A stretch of 64,000 nt of DNA from Bugula neritina (taxonomy: Eukaryota > Animalia > Bryozoa), in NCBI GenBank assembly GCA_964035545.1, contig OZ037768.1, positions 2,822,741-2,886,740 of the forward strand, read 5' to 3'. The position numbers and the translations under genes are program-made. The notes beneath the pieces are model-generated. The model worked only from the letters and a program-made list of their open reading frames with translations. It ran no database searches and had not been told where the DNA came from. Shown here one piece after another: positions 53,455 through 64,000 of this stretch. Positions within the stretch are counted from its first letter, which is position 1. The number at the start of each line of letters is the position of its first letter.

Positions 53455-55919
53455 ATAGGCCAGTTAGCAAACATGGTTATGGCTGATCAAATAATAATTA
53501 GCTGTATAAACCAATTGTCGGCCTACGTAGCTGTCAATTGATTCTAATGAGTAAAATTGCAACATAATTGATAAGCTATGGTTACATAACTGGTAAAGGC
53601 AGCTAGCATAATTGAATGTATAAAATATAGGTGCCGAATGGTGAACTGCTAGTACAATTTAATCTCAATAATGATTTAATAAGTTTAGATCAAAAATGCA
53701 TTGTTCTATTTTAGGAACATTTTAGGCAACCATTATTGAAAGCAAAGATATAAACGCAATGCTAAACACTCAAGATAGTATTTTCTGTAGTACATAGACA
53801 CTTTGCTAAAAGCAGTAAATACATTTGGCAATAGATCAGTTAGCAAAGAAGCTGAATTGACAACATTGACCATATTGTAGGTTGAATTACAGGAATGTAG
53901 CTTACATCAGCATTTTATAGTAATTACTATACTCCTTATTATATTATCTGCATAGTTTCTAGGTGTTGGCGATTTTGTTGTTGTTATATTATTCTATTAC
54001 TCTATTATTGCATTTTGTGACATTTAATATCAATTTCATAATTATGCTGCATTCGTATGCTTTAACCCAGCATTTTTCTTTATACTTTTTTATCAACTAG
54101 CCCAAGGAAGCTCACATTTATATGGATACACACCCAGCAGAAGATGCATATTTGTAAAATTATATCAAACTTGAAAAGTAAAAGCTCCTATTAGTGCAGT
54201 TTGAAGGAAGCACTGTAAAGTTTATAAGCCTAAAGTTGAAGCATTACTTCCCTTTGCTTGTTTAATTGAAAGAAAAAAGCTAGATTATAACAGTTTCCAA
54301 GTAATAGCTGGTGGTCAGTTGGTGCAAGTAAAAACATTATCTTGCTATGAAAAAGCTCTGCTACAAGTTTGAAAGTTCCCTTTACGTTTTTAGAAAGAAT
54401 TTTTGATGGAATATCAACTTAAGATATATGACTAGAGTTGCCACGGAATCAGCGAAAGGATGACTCTAGGGTGTCATCTCAGAAAAACTGCTTTACAGTT
54501 AGAAGCTAAATTTTATTTTGGCACCATAATAATGTATATACCTATGGAACTGTTGTATTGATTGCTAAACAGCTCATATGCTAATAGCTATAATAGCTAA
54601 TATAAAGTATATATCTAAAATAATAGTCCGATTTCCAGGGAATTTTGTGAGGCAAAAAACAGCAATACATTATTTTTAATAAATACTTATTAATGAAATA
54701 TTTTTTCGCACAACTAGAAGTATAGAATATGCAAAATTAATAAGTTAATGCAGATTACAGGAATTTATTTATATGCTAGATAACAAACAATTGATCCAAG
54801 TTTATTTAAATATACATATATTTCAATAATATTTAAATAAATTGCACGTAAAATGCATATTGTACTAAAATAAATAAATAGCTTCCAACTGGGAAGTGCC
54901 CATGATGTGGGAAATTTGGCCTAGCGTCTCTCTGGGATGAAACCGATTCTAGAAGTTCAGCCATCAAATCTGAATCCACTTAATTGCTTTGGAGTTAGAA
55001 AGCACACAAACTGGAGATAATCACTTCGCTATAACATCATCAATATTGGCTAAGTCCAAGATGGCGTGTTATGAAACACCGATATTGCAAAAGAAATGAA
55101 ATTCTGGTAAGCTCTCGGTTTATGCATGTTAGTTAATTATCACTCAGATTGGGTCACTCACTTCTCAATGTTTGATTCTCACGGGTACAAATAGATAGTA
55201 AAGCTGATTAAAGGAGTTGAGGAAACAATATATTGTAATCACGCTGATGAAATGCTGCATTTGGTTAACAAACCAGGAATATATGTTTATATATGTTTTA
55301 TTGATTCTGTTTTAACATTGTAGAAAAAGCCATCTTATATCAGTGTGCAGATATAAAATGCATACTAAACCCCCAGTGGCAAAGAAAAATAAATTCACAT
55401 AGTTATTAATTAAAAGCTTGCAGTCAAACAAATTTAGGACACAATTCAAGGTGTTGCAATCTAAATTGTTATATTTACAAGAAAATCAATGTAGCTGAGA
55501 ATATTATTACATGTACAGATATGGTATAAAATTAACACCTTGTGGTGCATTAATATTGAATTTTAGACAAAGTACCATGTATTAAATTCAAATTACATTC
55601 CATAAATAATATGCTGTGGGAATGTAAACTAAGTTACATATCTATGCTAACCAGAGTACAGCACACTGCACACAACCTTATAAACTTGTTAGCCTCATAT
55701 TAGATGTACTTACAACATTTATACCGTTGTTTCACGGCTAAACTAGAATTCACTATAAGTGCTATTAAAGAGTTTTTATCTGTCACAAACCCCCTAAAGG
55801 GACACAAAACATTTCTTTTGTCATGATTATAGAAATCCTGCTAACAACCAGTAGAGTCATTAAACATTACAAGCAGAAGTGAATGTAGTCTCTTCATCTA
55901 CCTCTAAATTATATAATAA

Positions 55920-58900
55920 TCAGTGATCTGGACAATTCTTAACACCAGGAGTTGTCTCATCAACATCATCCCTGAAACAATATGTAGACACTGATAGCAC
56001 ACATGTGCATAGAACAATGTTAGCATATAGTGTATACATGCCAATACTTTAAGTGTAAATAATGAAACAATTGACACATTGCTACAAAAATAATAGTGTA
56101 TGTTATTTTTCCTTTTATAATAGCTATTTGTTAATATTGTGAAATAATTACAGGCTGATACAAAATATTCAAACTTCTACAAAAAATACTGATAAATGTA
56201 ATGAGGGTTATACTGCGTAGATATGAGGGTTATACTGCATGGGTATGAGGGTTATACTATGCAAGAAGGAGGAAGGGGGGGGGGGGGTAAACACTCACAT
56301 ATAATGAATGCCTTCCTCTAGTTTCTGGTAGAGTTTCACTTTATTGCTGGTGCTGTTGGCTCTTCCGGAGAACTCGGCATGTCGGTTGTTGTTTACTTGA
56401 TTCATTCTCTCAGTCCACAGAGAGAGCACAGATTTGTTACCTGCAGTATACAGTTCATTGACTAGAATATTACCTGCAGGCTGCAGTACATGGTATGGAC
56501 TATAATATTACTTGCAGTATAGTTACCTGCAGTAGACGGTTCATGAATTGTAATATGTGCAGCATGTAAAAATATGTACAGGTCATGGAATATAACGTAA
56601 AATATGCATAACTTAAAATTTTTATAACAAAATATACTACAATGTTTGTTTCTTGTTTATTAGCTATAGCACTCTTTATCTTAAATGCTTGAAATACAAA
56701 AATGAGTTGCAGTTTTATGAATTGTATGTAAAAGTAACAAACACTCAGTCCCCACCCTAGTTTAAACACCACTTCAGTTGTGAGAGGCAACAATGTGTTG
56801 AAATGGGTTCAACTTTCAATTGCGTTTGTAATATTTGCTCCAACAGTTAAGGTATTGGGCTACTATGCCAAGTAAAACATTACGAGCTGATGGGAAATTT
56901 TATCATTTTTTATCAGACCAAGTGCAATTAGGCCACTTTTTATTATAATTACATAATGGAGTTAAAGTTGATATTTTTAGAGCACTCGAAATATCACTTT
57001 TCTATTGCCTTTAAAGTGCATCTTATTTCTTCAAGACAATGCCATCAATTATCCTGACATGTATATTAGTGTCACACTCAGTTGAACTATACAGCAGATG
57101 GGAACTTATCTATTCTCCTTGTGCCTGCAGGTTTAGCTTGCATAGTGTTAGCTAATAATTGCTTAAATCATATCAATGTTAATACAATTGAATAAACTAA
57201 GTGTTACCCCACACCCTGCCACCTCCCACAATGCACTGTGTAATGCCAAGTACCTTCAGGGTGTTTCACATTTCACGATTGATAATGATAAAACACTGCA
57301 TAGAAAAGGTGTGCTATTTTTTAAAGATAATGACTCAGCCCTATTGACATTATAATAGTATTGTTTTCTAGCTGAATATCAAATAGCTGAAAAATTATTA
57401 TTTGTTAATAGTTGTCTTCTTTATTCAGAGTAAAGGAGCTGTCACAAAGCTAATAAGTTGAAGGTATGGGGCTGTAGTAATTATTATCTTTGGGTGTGTG
57501 TCTGTGTGTGTGTGTCTGTGTGTGTGTGTGTTTGTGTGTGTGTTGTGCAGGATGTGTGTGTGTGTGTTTGTGTGTGTGTGTTTGTGTGTGTGTTTGTGTG
57601 TGTGTTTGTGTGTGTTTGTGTGTTGTGCAGGATGTGTGTGTGTTGTGGTGTGTATGTGTGCACTGTGCGTATGTGTGCGTGTGTGTGCGTGTGTGTGTGC
57701 GTGTGTGTGTGTGTGTGTACACATACATTAGACAGACATAGTAAGAAGTTACTCACCCTTAAAGTCGAGGGTGATTCCTGCATACTTAGATTTCTTGGGG
57801 AGAGGAGAGTCAGACCTGGGCAGTGACTTGGCTCTGCCAGTCTCTGATAATCTGTATTATAATATAATAATATAACAGTATGTATAACAATATAATAATA
57901 ATATAACAGTATGTACAACAATATAATAATAATATAACAGTATGTACAACAATATAATAATAATATAACATTATGTATAACAATATAATAATAATATAAC
58001 AGTATGTATAACAATATAATAAAAATATAACAGTATGTATAACAATATAATAATAATATAACAGTATGTATAACAGTATAATAATAATATAACAGTATGT
58101 ATAACAGTATAATAATAATGTAATAGTGCAGTGTGTATAACAGTATAATGGTAATTTATCTTATCGCACAAGATAATATTGTAGACAGTTCGCTTTTGTG
58201 AGAACTGAAAAGAAAATTCATTACTGTTATATTATTATATTGCTATACATATTGTTATATTATTATATTGCTATACATACTGCTATATTATTATATTGTT
58301 GTACATATATTAATGATGTCATTTTATTCATTGTGACATTTATTAGCTCGCAAAAGCTTCTAGAAAACTAGAAGCTTCTAGAAGTTAAAATGCTGCAGGG
58401 TTTCTGTATACATTTTTTGTTACAGAAAGCTTTTGAATGACCCCAGAAGTTACGACAGACCACTGAGTAGACAAAGTAAAAGATATTCCATACTTACAGT
58501 TCACTGGACGGTGTACTCGGCTGGGAGTGGTCGGTTCTGCTGTCGCTGGTTCCTCTACGCTTCTTCATACCGGCAGCGGAATCTTCTAGACCGGCTGGCC
58601 GACAGTTTAGCAGGATCTCCAGGATGAGGGCGTGATGAGGGGAGGCGCTGGAATGAGCCCTCACTAGCAGCTCCAACTCACTCCACATCATACGGGAGTG
58701 CTCCTCTCTGTCAAGGTCAACGTTGTAATATGTCAAGGTCAGAAGTTATAAGATTTTAAATACTATAAAATTTTGTTAGTTTCTATCATCAAAGAGTTTT
58801 CAAAGTTGCCTTTACTTTGAAGGAAAAGGTATAAATTTTTTCAACATAATGAAAGGCCTATTTAATTAAACTTGGCATCTTTATGCTGCAGTTACGCTAC

Positions 58901-61900
58901 ATAACCAATTGATAAGAAAAGGGGTCAACAAATTTATGCTGTAACTATAAAATTACAATTTTTCAACATCCCTAACATTCTAATTGTTGTTATGTTATAT
59001 AATTGGCTAAATCCAATTCACAGCAGCGTTAGATATAGTTGGCTAATTATTTAAATACTGTTTCTGCTGTAATTTTTTAGTTTCCATGAATAAAGAAGAC
59101 AATTCCTGATAAATGTAGTAAAGCATAGCTGTATGTTAGACATTGTTGTAAAAACTTCAGCATCTCAACAAGAAAACTACAGGAAAAATTTAATCTAAAT
59201 GACAAGATACATTTTTACTACTTCTTGAATATGCAGAATTTTCTAATCTCCCAACCAGACATCTTTCGAATTTCATATAATAAAAACTAGAATAACATAT
59301 TATATGTGAAAATGTCTCTCAAATCCAAATGATAATCCATTTCAATAATTTTATAAACCTAGAACTAGTTATTCGTCCTGTTTTATTCAATTTGAATTAT
59401 AAGATATAATTATATAACAATTTTATATGTCACTTTTACATGTATCATCCTTCACTTTTATCATACCAATACAGTAACATCATGATTATAGTTATACCTA
59501 TCATTACTATTGTCATTATTATATATTATTACACATACTATTATAACTATAAAAATATATGACTAATCTTACTTCTTTTTCCCTTTATGTGCCGAGTAAG
59601 CACCGAGCAGGTTCTGAGACTCGAGAGTGATGAGACGGAAAATGGCTGATCGGCAATGCTCGACATCTTCCGCAGTTAGGTTGTCCTTCATCAGTAGTTC
59701 TGGTAGGGGATCTATATGCTGTAATATAGTACAGAGATGTTAGCTTAGTTGAGTCTATATGCTGTAATATAGTACAGATATGTTAGCTTAGTTGAGTCTA
59801 TATGCTGTAATATAGTAGAGAGATGTTAGCTTAGTTGAGTCTATATGCTGTAATATAGTATAGAGATCTTAATATGCTGTAATATAGTATAGAGGTGTTA
59901 TATTAGGGGATCTATATGCTGTAATATAGTACAGAGGTGTTAGTATGCTGTAATATAGTATAGAGGTGTTAATATGCTGTAATATAGTACAGTGTTGAAC
60001 AGTTTTATAAGTTCACAGAGTTGTCTTGCCATGTGCAGAGGCATCTCGGAAAAACTCTGTTTAGTATTGGTTATAGTAACAACTGTCGAAAGAATTTCGG
60101 CTGTAAAGTATTTTTGTTTTAACATGGTTGTACAGGGAAACTATGACCATATATCTTTCTTGGAATCACCAACACCAAACAAAAGTGACCTTTCCTGAGA
60201 CCATAGGGTGAACTGTTGCCATGGAATCCACTGGATGACAATGGCTACTCCTTCGCTATTCAGAGAAATAGTTTTATACAAGAATCAATACTTATAAATG
60301 AAAAACTGAAATTGAAGCAACACCCAATAATTATTTACTGGAAATAATTATAGCCCCAACTTACGGACTGCAGGTTGTATATCATAGTGTCACTGATAGT
60401 CAAAGGCCAGTGTCTTGTGTGTCTCTCTAGGCTAGACTCAGCTAAAATGTGTCATAAACATACAAATTACTGAAATATTTACAGTTGACTAAAACTGAAT
60501 AGAATTAAATTAAAACAGAATTGTAAAAAGATAGTCACACCGCAGCACAACAAACATGTTTTGCTTTTCATGAAGTTCACGATGCAATAGTTGACAGCAT
60601 TGAAAGAGAAATAAATAAATTTGTGGCACTACAATGCGCAAGCCATCTTTGTTCTGCTGACACTACCACAGAAGACAAGGTATCAACTGCTGACACTAAC
60701 ACAGAAGACAATGTATCAACTGCTGACACTAACATACCTCCGTCTATAGGAACTCTGTCAGCTGACGTCTGTGTAGATGGCTTCAGGGCGTGCTTTTTGA
60801 TGAGCTCACCAAAGTTCTGCAATCAGAAAGTTGGACTCTAACAATAGACTCAGATGCTGTGAGTATTTCACAAAGCAGATGTGGGGGGGAGGGTGGTGGT
60901 TAGGACAAAGAGAGATATTACTCAGGTTATGAATAGCAAACAGATGCTCGAATAAACATATTGGAAGTAAGAAAGCTTAAGAAAAACTGCTAAGAGTTCA
61001 GGTGAGACAACATGGCTGGTTTTATACTTCTAATTTAATTGTAAGTACAGGTAATAGGATATTAAAAAAATAATCCATCAACTAAAATAAATGTTACTTT
61101 ATTGAACCAGCTTCAGTAACCAAAGGTGATGAGATTATGCAGTGTGTGGATCACAGAAAACTTTACTTTCAAAGATCTGAAATTTATGTTTTGAAGGTTC
61201 CGGAATGTTTGCACCTGTTTACTCAACACAAACCAAACTCACCTGAATTCTGTAGTCCGTGACTCTACCCCCAACACCTTCGCTGATAGATGGGGGGTCG
61301 TCGAGTATGCTTCGACTAGTTGATAGCTGATGTATGTAGATCTGACCCCCATGACTGGTGAGCATGTGCGAGAGAACTTTAGCCCCAGATCTGCGAGGCT
61401 GCTCCAGCATCACCGACCTCCCGCTGAGCAGGAAATTGGTGAGACACAAGGAGGGACGACTGTTAGCATCTACGGGACTTATCGGATACGCCCCGACACA
61501 CAGTTGAATATCTACCAAAAAGTATATTGTGATACATTATATAATGTTGAAATTGAGCCACTGAAATCTACAAAAATAAAGAAATGTAGAAATAAAATCA
61601 AAGGTAAGATATCCACAAAAAACTGGATTTGAAGTTTCCAATAAAAATGACGTCTGCAGAGTTGAGTGTTTTGATGCCCCACAGTTTAATCAACTGCATA
61701 TACAGAGACAATTAGCCTAGGAACCTACCTGTGTTGCTTGAAGATTTAGGGGTACACCACTTCAGCGTCACACTCTCCACCCCTGAGATCTCCTGGGAAG
61801 GAGCCCGACAGCCGTCAGCTAGCTCTACACTCATTTCAGAGTGAGCTTCGTCCGAGTGTAACAACTCAACGTCATAACTTGCAGACGAATTGGCGTTCTG

Positions 61901-63487
61901 CTCTTCCTGTCAAACAATTAAGAGAATGAGAGAGTATTCGGAGTTGTGTACACAACATAGATGTGTTGTGCGCGTGTGCGTGTGTGTTGCAAAGTTGCAA
62001 AGTTGCCAATTGATTGTGATTGGGGAAAATATTTTAAGAATTTAACAATACGAATGAGACAAACAAATTGGTTAGAAGATTTGTATATAAAATTCCTTCA
62101 TAGATAAATTTTCTTTTAGAAAATCGATTGTTGCACCTAAAGGCTAGGAGTATACAAGTTAGTGATCAACTAAGCTTTACATAATATTTACTAAACTATA
62201 CATGGGCTGTATTAAAAACTATAACTATATTATAACGAAGATTGTATTTTTAACACTTCATTAACATGCTAGGCCTTCTACAGTGTAAATATAGAAATAG
62301 CCAATATACCATTTTGCTGTGTACCATATACACACATTAACCAGAATTCAAAACCTAAATTTAATCACAATAGAAAGACAACTGATAAATATGGCTAGTA
62401 AATACAAGCATTCATATATTCAACTGTATACACCCAGAGCATATATTATAATACAGCATGCTAACATAGCAGCTTAGACAATAAGTCACGTGTAATGAGT
62501 TAGCAGATCTTATAGCAAATTATAGTGTCAAATCTTATAAATATTGCACAAAACCAAAATAAATTAGTAGCCATTAAAGTTGTTGTTGACACAAAAACTA
62601 ATGAAACAAATGGGTTTCTTTAAGTATCTTGACTGGCATAGTGAAACTTTGAGTACATACATATAATGCATGGATAATAAATAGGCTTTGATATATGAAT
62701 GGAATTCTGCAAATCCAACAATGATATACCCCAATAAAATCATTGTTAAAAATTTCAGTTAATTATAATTATTATTCGAGCTGAATTTTCAACAATGCTG
62801 TGAAATAAATATTATTTTACAACATTTAAAAACTGCATATGTTTTAACTATGGTGCGCCTTGCGATTCTATGGATTAAATCAAAAGATATACTGCATGTT
62901 ATTCCTGAAATTCAGCCAACACATCACAACTGTCTCTTGTGGTATTTCCGCTTCTAAACTTACTCAGTTTACATCTAAACCTACACTCAGTACTTACCTT
63001 CATTGGTATTCCAGTTACACTGGTTATGACTAGATTAAAATAGTCCACAGCCAAAGCGACCATCCTGTTGGCTAGGTTACGCCCTGACTCTGTCACTATG
63101 ACTGTTACAGTGAGATTACTAGTCGCCTAAAGAACAGATAATCAGCAATAAAAAGACAACTCCAACATTTAATGTTATTATTAAAGCACTGTAATTGCGT
63201 TTGCTCAACTAATATGGAAATGCTGTGGTAATTATTCAAATTAAAACTATAACTGCTAATACAACAAACTCTATAGTTGAATAGATTAATTAAAATATTT
63301 CTTTATAATAGTATATGCATATGAAGCCTTAGTTCCCAACATTTAGAAACAGAATAGCAAAGACAGTAAATGTGAAGGAAGGACAACTCTACACACCATC
63401 CAAGAATCCTTAGGCAGGACTTTAGGAGTGGATCCCACAGGATGTATGAGGACCAGCACTAACTCACAGTTGGTTATTGGGATACAC
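55920..63487 (-). CDS. INTS13: Integrator complex subunit 13 (Asunder), 3' portion; 5' exons lie beyond the window
   Basis: Exons give [19 protein letters not shown]|[108 protein letters not shown] and [19 protein letters not shown]; terminal TGA at 55920-22. Confidence 0.95.
57494..57718. repeat. (TG)n compound microsatellite
   Basis: Long imperfect TG run in an INTS13 intron. Confidence 0.95.
57856..58145. repeat. ~31-bp AT-rich minisatellite abutting an INTS13 acceptor
   Basis: atataacagtatgtataacaatataataata units. Confidence 0.9.
59710..59992. repeat. 43/29-bp minisatellite containing copies of an INTS13 acceptor
   Basis: tatgctgtaatatagta occurs ~8 times. Confidence 0.9.
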
Positions 63488-63504
63488 CTGCACACCAGAC
63501 AAGA

Positions 63505-63775
63505 ATATAATATGTAATATGTATAACATAATATATAATAGGTATGGCATAATATGTAATATGTATAACATGATATATAATATGTATGGCCTAATATGTA
63601 ATACATATAACATAATATGTATAACATAAAATATAATATGTATAACATAATATATGATAGGTATGGCATAATATGTAATATGTATAATATAATATATAAT
63701 ATGTATGGCCTAATATGTAATACATATAACATAATATGTATAACATAAAATATAATATGTATAACATGATATATA
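63505..63775. repeat. AT-rich ~21-bp minisatellite in INTS13 intron
   Basis: atatgtataacataatatata units with a larger duplicated block. Confidence 0.85.
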
Positions 63776-63779
63776 AATA

Positions 63780-64000
63780 GGGAGCAGCCGTGGTCTAGGA
63801 GGTTAGAGTTTTTGCTTTGTGAACACGAAGTCATGGGTTGGAGCCCGGACAAAGGCCATTGGTGATGTTAGGAAGAGCATCCAGTCATAATTGCTCCTGT
63901 GCCTCATCTTAATAAGTCCTTAGCCCGATTTAACAAAAAACCTCTTTCATCAGGGGTTTCCCACAGGGATAGCGACTATAAACTTGCGTGAGTGTGAGAT
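63780..64000 (+). mobile_element. tRNA-derived SINE (runs off the window)
   Basis: A-box TGGTCTAGGAGG at 63791, GTG anticodon-like loop (His-like), B-box-like GGTTGGAGCCC at 63836, then an aggaagagcatccagtcataa core. No complete cloverleaf. Confidence 0.75.

Noticed and set aside
56200-56262. GGGTTA-containing repeats as interstitial telomere
   Set aside because: Single hexamers within a 22-bp unit x3, not (TTAGGG)n.
57425-58171. Poly-HT / poly-VC / YI-rich ORFs
   Set aside because: Microsatellite and minisatellite translations; only 57756-57852 is a real INTS13 exon, in another frame.
63780-63860. tRNA-His gene
   Set aside because: B-box is degenerate, there is no acceptor stem, and the sequence continues into a SINE body.

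Overview
AT-rich, intron-rich animal genomic DNA, most likely a lophotrochozoan invertebrate (inferred from gene content). Spliced gene models rebuilt by hand: DCTN1/p150Glued (+, 3958-14260); a PCED1/FAM113-type SGNH esterase with a 12-unit N/Q/W/H repeat tail (-, 15934-19841); a RING-Bbox-Bbox-coiled-coil-propeller TRIM gene (+, 24181-27515); three tandem reeler-domain defence-like genes (-; one intact, one frameshifted, one missing two exons); a 104-aa neuropeptide precursor encoding GGVFRW-amide that the ORF track misses (-, 49623-50765); and the 3' part of INTS13/Asunder (-, 55920 to beyond 63487). Mobile DNA includes four solo-LTR-like insertions, a nested non-autonomous DNA transposon and a tRNA-derived SINE. 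Main hunt result: each unit of the ~5.4-6 kb triplication carries a CCAAT/TATA/Inr promoter followed by a non-coding array of 4-5 hairpins of ~85 nt (14 in all, plus one older inverted copy at ~29 kb). These hairpins have pre-miRNA geometry, a conserved 3' arm and repeated compensatory base-pair changes, so they are a candidate lineage-specific microRNA cluster co-amplified with immune-type genes. Exon coordinates were read by eye and may be off by a few bases.
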